The translations under genes were made by a program, and so were the position numbers. The notes below the pieces were generated by a model. The model saw nothing but the letters and a program-made list of their open reading frames with translations, did not search any database and was not told where the DNA came from. From Hemiscyllium ocellatum (Eukaryota), in the NCBI RefSeq assembly GCF_020745735.1, contig NC_083410.1, positions 96,682,080-96,746,079 of the forward strand: DNA of 64,000 bases. The letters run 5' to 3'. Below, in pieces: positions 38,393 to 49,861 of the stretch (positions are counted from its first letter, which is position 1; every line of letters begins with the position of its first letter).

Positions 38393-40516
38393 AAAAAGCC
38401 CTTATGGCACTTGGACAGCTGTGTGGGAGAGGGGAGCCAGAGGCACTTGGTAAGTGGGTGAGGACGTAGGAAAGGTCAGCTCACATTGAGTTGGGGGTGG
38501 GGAGAACGCTATCAGAGAGATGATCAGGGCGTGTGGTGGACAGGATGTGTCTGGGTATCAGACAGAAGAGGAGTTGGTGAGTAATGGGTCAGGGCCTAGG
38601 ATGAGGTAGCCATTTTATAGTTTGCCAGAAGTTAGAGTAGGTTTTAATGTAACAACTTTTCTGGGCTAAGTTTTGAGGTAAGTCAATCAGAACCCTCCAA
38701 AGTGACTGACTTGGGAACTTTAGCAATGCTAGGCAATTGCCCATTAGAAGGTTGACTTTGTAAGGAGCTCCTCTGGAGCTAGCTGCATTAGGATGATTTC
38801 TGTCTATGTTGCTGCAATGTGCAGCTTCTTATCAGAAGATCAGGACCAATGTTCTGCACATTGAGATCCTTCTCAACCTCTGCTTAACCATCAGTATAAA
38901 TGCTGGGAGCTAAGGTCTATCGTTGTAAGAACGGTGGAGTGCGTCTCCATACAGAGATTACTAAAAGCAGGTACGTAAAACAAAAATGTTAATGGTTTTC
39001 ATCTCTGCAAGACTGGAATACAAAGAGGGAGTTATTAAGTTACAGATAGATGCGCTCCAATCAGAGCACTAGAATATCGCATTGAGTTTTGGGCCCTCCA
39101 ATAGAAACAGGAGATATTGGCCTTGCAAGTGGTGTAACAGATTAACCGGAATGATACTGGGCATAAAGGGATTAATTCTGAGTTGCATGATGTTAACTTA
39201 AACTCCCCTGAGTTTAGAGGGTTAACCTATTCAAAGTGTTTATCACAAGATTCTTGACAGGATAGGTGGAGAAAAACTATTAAAGATCAGCATGGGCATG
39301 GGTATCACTTTACATTTTGAGCTGGGCCATTTAGGAGTGTCGTTTTGAAGCAGTTTTCCCACAAACTTGGATCCTTAGCCTTCAAAAGGCTGTAGACGCT
39401 GAATGGGACAACTGGGATCTTTTTGACGGAAAAAAGGTAGGAAAGTGCAGTTCGAAGGCACAGATCAGTCACCAGCTGACTGAAGAACAGAGCAGACACA
39501 AGGGGCTGAATGGCCTCCTGTCCTGTTCACAAGGACTAGACCAAGGCACGGCTCCAATGACAGTCTGATAATCATTCAAGATACTACAATGGCTATGCTC
39601 TACTTTTTTCAAAATACTGCCAGTTCACATTGGAGAGTAACAAATATGATCATATATTTGATCATGCATCTCTCCAAAGTTGTTGTGATGGCGCACTGTA
39701 AAACAAACACATTGCAGTTTCAAATACACCGGATATCAAAGATATTTCTTGCCCTTTACTCTTGAAGGTTGAAAATATGAGATCTGTCAATTTACAGCCA
39801 TAAAGACAACGGATTCTTAAATCTGAAACCCAATCAGTCTTTTGTACACAGGTCATACTGATCCTTCATCACAGCATGCTTTTCTGTTGCCTATAACCTT
39901 TAATATCTTTCTCCAGCAACAATTCCCTTTCAGGAAGGATTTCTGAATTCTGCTTCAACAGTTCATTCCCCCACATCTCCGTTAATTCTGCGGCCACTCT
40001 GCTTATATCCTACCTTCACCTGGTAGAGTGGGTCTCACTGCGGCCAGATAATAATAATCCTTCTGGTTAGGTAGTAAGAGACTAGCCAAACCAAGCAAAC
40101 TACTTCTCATTCAGTTGCTCCCCCATAGGGTCAGTTTCCACTCACTCCAAATCAGAGGCCACTGAACAGATGGCAGCCTTGGCTTTTCAAGCTGCCATTT
40201 GATAAGACTGCAGAGAATGCTGACTTTGCTTCTGCAGTTCTCCTGAATTTGCCAATTCCTCCCTTCAGCCTGACTGTGCAGATCCAGGTATCTACTCAAT
40301 TTCCCATTGTACAAAAAGAACATAACTAGGAGCAGTAGGCAATTCAGCCCCTCAAACCTGCTCCGCCACTCCATATGATCATGGCTGATCTTATCTTGGC
40401 CTCAACTCCACTTTCCTGCCCACTCCCCATAAATTTTCAACCCATTGCTAATAACTAAATCTATCTCCACCATAAATTTACTCAATGTCCCAGCATTCAT
40501 CACACCTTAGGACAGC

Positions 40517-40779
40517 AAATCCCACTGATTCATGATCCTTTCAGAGAATTTGACTTCACTTCTTTAACTCTGCTACCTCTTATCCCAGAGGTTGCAATAG
40601 ATTTGTGCTGGAACGGAACACTATTCACTTCTAGCCCCATTAACAGCATGGGGGAGGCCAGAAATGATAGTGTTCCATCCCAGCACAAATCTATTACAAC
40701 TTCTGGGATAAGAGATAGCAGAGTTAAAGACCTGAGGTGAAGTCAAATTCTCTGAAAGGATCATGAATCAGTGGGATTT
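40517..40779. repeat. Local inverted duplication (hairpin with arms of about 120 bp)
   Basis: aaatcccactgattcatgatcctttcagagaatttgacttcac...gaacactat is mirrored by atagtgttcc...gtgaagtcaaattctctgaaaggatcatgaatcagtgggattt. Confidence 0.85.
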
Positions 40780-42217
40780 AGAAACCCGAGATAAGGACAA
40801 ATTCTCTCAAAGGGTCATGGAAGTCGAGAGGCAAGAGCCATCTCCACCATTCAGTTAACAATACTTCACTCAACGCCACTATCAATGGGTGATTAGGCCA
40901 GCAATGCCCAGATCCCAGGAGTAAATAATTCTATGGATGAGGAATGGACCATTTCTTTTCATATTTTTTCGAGGCAACATTCAATGTAGTGTTAAAACTC
41001 CCTCATACAAACTCAGAATTCACACATTTCCCAGTCCATTTTGCAAGCTATTGGCCTTATGTTGAAACACTAACAAATAGTTCTGGTCCTTATTGGGAAA
41101 CACAAGCACTGCAATCATTATTTCACATATATTACACAACTCCCCTAAAAGTACTTCTCAAGCAGCCGTTAGTTCCAGCTGGTCAGTGGACTCCCAGGTG
41201 CACTCTGTGAGATGGCGGGAAAAAAAAACATCAAGAGCTCCTCATTGACGGTGAAAACACAGTCTCAGTCTGCATTCAAACCTGCAGGGTAGCCTTGGTG
41301 GAAACCTTAAATGCAGAGCGAAAGAGAGAAACAGGGAAGGGGCTTCACTGCGTGTACACTACCCTGGAGAAATAGCTCACCCTGGCCATGGCAGAACAGG
41401 CCACATTTTTATCTTTTTCTTACCACTTCCATGGACCAGACGTGATTGGATGAATGCCCCCTACTTCCCCTCCCTTCTGTGCCAGAAAATTACTGATGAA
41501 CTACGTTCTGTAAACCTCACCTTCCAACAGTTAAACAGGGTATGGTAAGCTGCTGCTCTTTAAGTTTTCAGTCAGCTGCCCTGACATTCCCTCTGTAGCT
41601 TGCTGTCAAATGAAGAAGGGCTCATGCCCGAAACGTCGACTCTCCTGCTCCTTGGATGCTGCCTGACCTGCTGCGCTTTTCCAGCAACACATTTTAGCGT
41701 GTCAAATGCCATCCAATAACAGTTCTCCAAAATGTTTGTGGCAGCTCCTATGGAGGTAAGGTCTCCTTAAGATGGTGGCTCAAGAAAACACTCATCTTGA
41801 GCCAAAAGATGATTATTGAACTGCTTTAAATCAGCAGAGCCACAAAATGACGCCAACCTTCCCCTAAACACACAATTCACACAAGCACATGCGCCCAGCA
41901 AAGATTAGTAGACAATGAGTGGGTGGTCTGCACTGGAGTTAAAAGTACACGTCAAGTACATGCAAACTTAACCCATGAGGAGGCTGCAGTGAAGAAACGT
42001 GCAAACATTAGGGGCTCAGTGGTTAGCACGGCTGTCTCACAGCACCAGGGACCGGGGTTCGATTCCAGCCTCGGGCGACTGGCTGTGTGGAGTTTGCACA
42101 TCCTTCCTGTGTCTACATGGGTTTCTTCCAGGTGCTCCAGTTTCCTCCCACATTCCAAAGATGTGCAGGTTAGGTAAAATTGCCCAGTGTTCAGGGATGA
42201 ATAGGTTAGATGCATTT

Positions 42218-43300
42218 AGAGTCATAGAGGTGTACAGTATGGACAGAGACCCTTCAGTCCAACCAGTTCACGCTGAACAGAATCCCAACCCAATCTAGTC
42301 CCACCTGCCAGCACCCAACCCATATCCCTCCAAACCCTTCCTATTCATATACGCATCCAAATGCCTCAAATCTTGCAATTGTCCCAGCCTCCACCACATC
42401 CTTTAGCAGCTCATTCCATACACCCTCTGTGAAAAAGTTGCCCCTCTTTTATATCTTTCCCCTCTCACCCTAAATCTATGCCCTCTAGTTCTGGACTCAC
42501 CAACCCCAGGGAAAAGATTTTGTCTATTTATTCTAGCCATGTCCCTCAATTTTGTAAACATCTATAAGGTCACCCCTCAGCCTCCAACGTTCCATGGAAA
42601 ACAGCCCCAGCCTGTTCAGCCTCTCCCTGTAGCTCAAATCCTCCAACCCTAGCAACATCCTTGTCAATCTTTTCTGAACCCTTTCAAGTTTCACAACATC
42701 TTTCTGATAGGAAGGAGACCAGAACTGCACGCAATATTCCAACAGTGGCCTAACCAATGACCTGTACAGCCACAACATGACTTTCCAACTCCTGTACTCA
42801 ATACTCTGACCAAGGAAAGCACACCAAATGCCTTCTTCATGAGCCTACCTACCTGAGACACCATTTTCAAGGAGCTATGAATCTGCATTCCAAGGTCTCT
42901 TGTTCAGCAACACTCCCCAGTACCTTACCACTAAGTGTATAAGTCCTGCTTAGATTTGCTTTCCCAAAACGCAATACCTTGCATTTATCTGAATTAAACT
43001 CCATCTGCCACTTCTCAGCCCATTGTAATCTGAGTTAACCCTCTTCGCTGTCCACCACGCCTCCAACTTTGGTGTCATCTGCAAACTTACTAACTGTACC
43101 TCTTGTGCTTGCATCCAAATCATTTATGTAAATGACAAAAAGTAAAGGACCCAGCACCGATCCTTGTGGCACTCCACTGGTAACAAGCCTCCAGTCTAAA
43201 AAACAACCCTCCACCACTACCCTCTGTCTTCTACCTTTGAGCCAGTTCTGTATCCAAATGACTAGTTCTCCTTGTATTCCGTGAGATCTAACCTTGCCAA
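42218..43300 (-). mobile_element. CR1/HER1 LINE 3' fragment; an HE1 SINE abuts at about 42010-42215
   Basis: ORFs with [19 protein letters not shown] and RLRGDL. Confidence 0.92.
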
Positions 43301-45229
43301 CTGCCAGGGATTCTAATCCAAAAACTACTACCCATGTGACCCACAGAAATAACAAACGGGGGTCAATGATGACTAGAATGACAGCCTGCTATATACTAGG
43401 CAGAACTTGGAAACAACTTGGTTATTTGCTGGTAATGCAATACACGTAAGGCTGGATAAAACAATGCTCGAGTAGACATTGGCTTGCATTCTTTAGCCAA
43501 GGAATATAAACATTCAACCAAGTTATGCTTCAAATGCACCTTCATAGGGATTTGCTTAGTCGGCCTACAATGTTATTTATTGGTGCGGAGTCCACGAGCA
43601 AAGCTTAATCGCAAAAATTCACACAGTGACTACTGACCATTATGGCAGCCAATACTGTGTCTGTTGGAAGTTCAAAACTTCAACTCAATTCTTGAAAACG
43701 GAAAAATATATCAACCGTTCACCTTGGGGAAAAGTACAGATGTCTTGAAAATAAAAGCACTATTTTAAGGGCACAAAAACAAGTTAAAAACATTTAGAGT
43801 AAAAGTTCAATACACCAAGATTGAGAAGATTTGTAGTTCAGGTTGAGTTCTGGATGTAAGTTTGCTCGCTGAGCTGGAAGGTGCGTTTTCATGAAAACTA
43901 ACCTTCTAACTCAGCGAGCAAACTTATATCCAGGACCAACATTCATGTTTAACACTGTCAGTAAAGATAGATAATGCTCTTTCTAGCAAATGTGCCAATT
44001 TACATTAATCTTAATGGAAGATGAGCAATAAAGCAGCCAGAATCCGTTCTACTACCCCGGATGGATAAGTCTACCTAAAAGGGAGGAAATGGTTTACAAA
44101 ATTAATTGTATTTCTTAAGTTAAGATTGCTTCTCTAGGATTTTGAAAATCAACTGCAACTATGACTTTCTGAATTGTGAACTTAATGTCAAATTATTTGA
44201 AACCTACAGATCTGATACACATTCTTATTCGTCTCTGTTGGTAAGTAGTAAGTAAAGAGGGTACACAACTTAATCTGTGATAAAACTCATTGTTTTTACT
44301 GTTTCCAAACACCAGGCATGATGGGATGAACGCCTCCATTCTAATGCTATAAAATTGCATGGTCAACTATATCCCGCAAGCCGTACTGTCCAGAAACTTA
44401 TCTCTATCTGATAAACTGCTGTTGTTTAACTACACTTTCATCAGCTGCTTTAATATTCCCTTTATAGCTCGCTGTCAAATTTTGCTTGTTGTGCAAACAT
44501 GGAGTTGAGGGTCAGTTGGCTGGATGGCTGGTCAACAGTGTGGGTTCACTCCAAAACCAGCTGAGGTCACCATAAAGGTCCTGGCTTCGTGAACTCACCC
44601 CTCACCTGAGGCATAGTGACTCACAAGTTAAAGTATTGGCAGGCATCTGGTCCTGAGACTATGGCAACTTTAAATGTGGAGCAAAAACACAGTGAAGACC
44701 TGCAGGACGTGTCCAGCAAGGGGTCACATTCTACCCCAACACAGGTCTCAGAAACTGTCTTGTATTTACAGGAATCAAATACCTAAAGTATTTTGAGATA
44801 TGTTGCTGGAATAAGATGACATGATGCAGTAAGGGATCTTTGGCAGAAGTAATGACATAAATCTCAAAGCTCTCAATCACTACAGCTTTGCTGACCTTGT
44901 GCCTGAATTAGTTTTAAACTTAGTAATAATCGTAATTTCGCAACAACGCAGTTATTGTTCTAATATGTAAACATCAAGCTGGGAGAAGCAAACTAAATGG
45001 ATATTGATTTTTTTCATATTTAGCAAATCCTATCTTAAGGCAGAAATCACCTTCAATTTCTAAATTCAGCAAATGCAAATAGTTGCAAGAACGTTCGTTG
45101 ACTCAGATGACTTGCACTAAATGATAACCATGTACACAATCAGTAAGCACAGGATAACAACAGCAGCATGGCAGCATGTAGAGTTCCAATTCCTGAAGTA
45201 GCCCAACCCAGTCCACACAGGTCACTCAC

Positions 45230-45319
45230 CTGAAATATCTTCTGCTTCTCAGGAACCTTATTCTCCACTCGCCGGCGGGCTGCAGTGCTGAAGGTTCGCT
45301 GTGAAAGCTGCTGGAAAGC
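45230..45319 (-). CDS. COX7A2: COX7A coding exon 2
   Basis: ttttctccctcag|90 nt|gtgagt encodes AFQQLSQRTFSTAARRRVENKVPEKQKIFQ, matching the COX7A presequence and NKVPEKQK motif. Confidence 0.95.
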
Positions 45320-45704
45320 CTGAGGGAGAAAACCGCAATTACATGGAAATGTAGTTTCCCAAATGGACAATATTAGGCCAAGTGTGGATGCATTACACAT
45401 GGATAATTATTAGGGGTGCACTTATCACAGATGCAATCCTAGATGATCTTTTGATTGCACCAGCTGCTGCAAATGTGGGTAACAAGTCATAAAAATAGCA
45501 AGCGAGGTGAATGGCAAATTAATGTGGCTGTCTGAGTGATAGAGAGGCAAGGTTGCCAAATTCATCTGCAAAATTTGAATTATACAGCAGTGCAGAATGA
45601 GTAATTCTTTTTTTGGCTCCAAGTCACAACAGGATAGTGTATGTTGGGCATCAGCTAAGTGCTGAGATGGATCAGCTGTAATGGCCAAACAGATAAGAGT
45701 AGAA

Positions 45705-46418
45705 GTGAGTTTTGAGAAGATTTGTAGTCAGGTTGAGTTTCCTTGGGTTGGTGGAGTTGGAAGGTTCGTTTTCAAACATTTTGTCACCATTCTAGGTAAC
45801 ATCATTGGTGAGCCTCCGGTGAAGCACTGGTGTTATGTCTCACTTTCTATTTATGTGCTTAGGTTTCTTTGGGATGCCTGTGTCATGTCCTGCGTTGCTG
45901 ATGTCATTTCCAGTTCTTTTTCGGAGGGTGGTAAATGGGCCCAAGTCTATGTGTTTGTTTGTAGAGTTCCGGTTGGAATGCCATGCTTCTAGGAATTCTC
46001 GTGTGTGTCTTGGTTTATTCAATGTGGTGTTTGTTACAAACAGGCAGAAAACTAGCCACCAGGATACATGAACATCTACTAGCCACAAAAAGACATGACC
46101 CACTATCAATAGTATCTTTACATACAGATGAGGAAGGACACCACTTCGAATGGGACAACACATTCATCCTAGGACAAGCCAAACAGAGACATGCACTAGA
46201 ATTCCTAGAAGCATGGCTTTCCAACCAGAACTCTATCAACACACACATTGACTTGGACTCCACTTACCACCCTCAGAAAAAAAAACAGAAAATAACATCA
46301 CCAACCCAAAGTGGGTCGTAACACCAGCGCTTCACTGGAGGCTCACTAATGACGTTACTTAGTATGGTGACGAAACATCTGAAAACAAACCTTCTAGCTC
46401 AGCGAGCAAACTTACATC
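45705..46418. mobile_element. Penelope-like element (second family): GIY-YIG C-terminal fragment with inverted partial copy and TSD
   Basis: ORF 45983-46321 gives QTGRKLATRIHEH...GHHFEWDNTFILGQAKQRHALEFLEAW, with an inverted copy to the left; cagata(a)gagtagaa at both ends. Confidence 0.85.
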
Positions 46419-47009
46419 CAGATAGAGTAGAAATTAAAAAGCTGCAGATGCAGGGATTCAAAGAGGTGACAAGGTTGAAAACATTCAGTGGAATACAAAA
46501 TACTGAGTGGGGAAATGGATGTGGCAATACTCTGGGACTGAGCTCTTCTTTGCAACATTGCTTGCTAGCTGACCAGCCAGGGCTAGCCATAGGCTCGCAC
46601 TCCCAGCTCAGACAACCCCATCAAGGGAGCAAATAAATGCTACTGAAATTCTCCATGTTTCAGATTTTCAAAATGATGATTGAGATCCACACACACGTGT
46701 CTAAATTACCTTTTCTCCAGATAATATCAAATACAACATTTAAAGTATGGTTGCTGTGTAAATTAAAACCTTATAACCAATTATGTACTAAGATAAATAG
46801 TGTGGACAGCCATTCTGTCCACTCATCCTATTCCATTATTTAATAAGATAATCCTGAAAAATCAACATATTCAATGATCCTATTTCACTTCTCTGTGGAA
46901 GATAATTCCAAACATTAGCACCCTTAGAAGACATTTACCCACGTCTTCATTTTAAACAGATGGGCCTTTATTTTGAAACTGTGCTTCCTGGCTCTAGAGG
47001 GGAAAGACA

Positions 47010-47390
47010 CTAGTGTGTTTTGAGAAGATCTGCAGCTCAAGTTGAGGTTCTGGATGTAGGTTTGCTCACTGAGCTGGAAGGTTCATTTCCGGACATTTCG
47101 TCAGCCTAACATCTTAGAGGGCTGCCGGGTGAAGCACACTGAGAATTCAGAGAAGCATGGCATTCCAACCGGAACTTTTTCAACAAACATGTTGAATTAG
47201 ACCCCACTTATCACCCCGAGAAAAAGAACATGAAATGACATCACCAACCCAAAGAAACCCAAACATAAATAAAAAGCAGGAATCATGAGCAGTGCTTCAC
47301 CCAGAGGTCCACTGAAAATGTTACCTAGTAGGGTGAGAAAACACCTGGAAATGAACTTTCCAGCTCAGCAAGCAAACCTACATCCGGGAA
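47010..47390. mobile_element. Penelope-like (second family) fold-back fragment
   Basis: Inverted termini (ggatgtaggtttgct / agcaaacctacatcc), flanked by gggaaagac on both sides. Confidence 0.75.
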
Positions 47391-48578
47391 AGACCCTCTT
47401 GGCATTCACCCTGCCAAGTCCCTCAGAATTGTGTTTCAATAAGACATCCCATTCTTCTAAACTGCATGAATACAGACCCAACTTGATTCCCATTCATCCC
47501 AGAAATGAATCTCCCCTGAGCTGCTTCCAGTGCAAGTATATTCCTCCTTAAGAGTTGCACTATCTGGTGTCTTGATATGCAAAAGCTCTTGCTTTAACAA
47601 TAGATATATATCCAGGTATACATATATACCAAGTATATAGATATAATGGTGTATATCTGTATGTTGAAATGACCACCTGGACTTGCATATAACTTAAAAA
47701 TCTGCAAGTGAATCAAGGCATGAAACAAACACACAGAAAGGAGAATAGACACTGCTGTAAGCAGGACATAAACAGACCCCTGAAATGGAGACCAATTGGA
47801 CTACATTCACAAGTAGAGGAAATTTAAAGCAGCAAAGTATAAAGTCAGAATAAATGAGACAATACAAAGTAAATGCTGAAACTTAAACATAGGTGCAGGG
47901 ACAAAAATCTGAGTGCTTTGGAAACAAATCTTTGACCATAGCAGGGGGACACTGAAGAGATTATTAACAGAGCAGAATGGAATCTCTATTTTGTACAGGT
48001 AACATCTACAAAAGTGAAACCTTTATGCTAAAATTATGCGAGTTAGACAAACTTCAACGGGGGCAGTGTGCTCAAATTCTCACTGCCTGATCCCATCAGG
48101 GCCCTCACTCTCCACACTCAGGCCTCTCAGTCACACCCACACAGCCCTTACTTCCCTACTCACTCTGCACCCCTCAGGACCTTCACTCCCCACCCCCAGG
48201 ACACACAGTGACCCACTCATTCATCGCCATCAATATGACCCTCACGCTTCTCAACGACCCATCCACCTCACAGAGCCTCACACCCCTTCTCACTCTGGAC
48301 CCTCAGTGCCCCTAATATCACCCTCACTCTTCCCCTTCCCCTCAGAGCCTCATTTCCCCCACTCACTGTGCCTCCTCAGGGCCCAAACTTCAATCCACTC
48401 GGGACCCTCAAGCCCCACAGTCTCCCACCCTCCCATTCCTCCTCCTCCTCCTCCTCAGGGCCCACACCCTCCCGGTCCTCACCGTCACGTGGCTGTCAAT
48501 CGCACTACCCAGTGCCTCCGCAACCTCAAGGCCTTCCCTCACCCTCCCTGCCTGCCTTTCCCCCCGCATAGGCCTCAC

Positions 48579-48602
48579 CCTCAGAGCCCTCACTCCGGCC
48601 AT
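48579..48602 (-). CDS. COX7A2: Cytochrome c oxidase subunit 7A (COX7A1/COX7A2 family), coding exon 1
   Basis: aagATGGCCGGAGTGAGGGCTCTGAGG|gtgagg = MAGVRALR, phase 0, inside the CpG island and in frame with exon 2. Confidence 0.8.
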
Positions 48603-48790
48603 CTTCCTTTCGGTTCTCCACAAGGACAAACGCCAGCCCACAATGCACCGCTTCCCGCAGGGCCGGGTAGGAACCGGAAATCAGGCCTGACGTCACGCGC
48701 TGGGCTGGGACGCGAGGAGCGCGTCGCGCGACAGACCGCGCGCGCCCAACGGTCACGTGACCCGGGCGGGAACCGGTCACTGTGAGGGCT
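48595..48790. promoter_or_regulatory. CpG-island promoter of COX7A, possibly bidirectional
   Basis: The most CpG-dense stretch in the window. Contains YY1-like GGCCATCTT over the ATG, ETS/GABP-like CCGGAAAT (48674-48681), CRE TGACGTCA (48688-48695), GCGCGCGC, palindromic GGTCACGTGACC (48751-48762) and GC box GGGCGGG (48764-48770). Confidence 0.8.
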
Positions 48791-48848
48791 GAGGGCTGAG
48801 GAAGCAGGAAGCTCACGGGGTCAGCAGAGAGGGGGGAGGGGAACAGTA

Positions 48849-49860
48849 CTGTCTGAGGGGGGTGCGCGCCCTCGCCCTGTCTGAGGGGGGTGCGCGCCCT
48901 CGCCCTGTCTGAGGGGGGTGCGCGCCCTCGCCCTGTCTGAGGGGGGTGCGCGCCCTCGCCCTGTCTGAGGGGGGTGCGCGCCCTCGCCCTGTCTGAGGGG
49001 GGTGCGCGCCCTCTCTGTCTGGGGTGGGGTGGCCGCCCTGTCTGGGGTGTGGGGTGGCCGCCCTGTCTGGGGTGGGGTGTGGCCGCCCTGTCTGAGGTGG
49101 GGGGGTGGGGTGCGGGGTGGCTGCCCTGTCTGAGGTGGGGGGGTGGGGTGCGGGGTGGCCGCCCTGTCTGAGGTGGGGGGGTGGGGTGGCTGCCCTGTCT
49201 GAGGTGGGGGGGTGGGGTGGCTGCCCTGTCTGAGGTGGGGGGGTGGGGTGGCTGCCCTGTCTGAGGTGGGGGGGTGGGGTGGCTGCCTGAGGTGGGGGGG
49301 TGGGGTGCGGGGTGGCCGCCCTGTCTGAGGTGGGGGGGTGGGGTGCGGGGTGGCCGCCCTGTCTGAGGTGGGGGGGTGGGGTGCGGGGTGGCCGCCCTGT
49401 CTGAGGTGGGGGGGTGGGGTGCGGGGTGGCCGCCCTGTCTGGGGTGGGGTGCGGGGTGGCCGCCCTGTCTGAGGTGGGGGGGTGGGGTGCGGGGTGGCCG
49501 CCCTGTCTGAGGTGGGGGGGTGGGGTGCGGGGTGGCCGCCCTGTCTGAGGTGGGGGGGTGGGGTGCGGGGTGGCCGCCCTGTCTGAGGTGGGGGGTGGGG
49601 TGCGGGATGGCCGCCCTGTCTGAGGGGGGAGGGGGGGTGTGACCGCCCTGTCTGAGGGGAGGGTTGAGGGTGTGACCGCCCTATCTGAGGGGAAGTGGGG
49701 GTGTCACCGCCCTATCTGAGGGGAGAGGGGGTGTCACCGCCCTGTCTTAGGGTCACTGAGAGTTCGCTGCAGTGTCTGAGGATCATTCTTGGGGGAACAC
49801 TGCACTGTCTGATGGTTACTGTGATGGGGTCTCTCCAAGGGGGACACTGCACTGAGGGTC
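48849..49860. repeat. G-rich tandem array beside the CpG island
   Basis: Six 28-bp units (ctgtctgaggggggtgcgcgccctcgcc), then 38-bp units (ctgtctgaggtgggggggtggggtgcggggtggccgcc) that decay rightwards. Remnants resume at about 50940-51075. Confidence 0.95.
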
Positions 49861-49861
49861 G

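Noticed and set aside
48036-48785. 249-aa Pro/His/Ser-rich ORF on the plus strand
   Set aside because: Antisense to COX7A exon 1 and intron 1 in C-rich low-complexity DNA; no recognisable domain.
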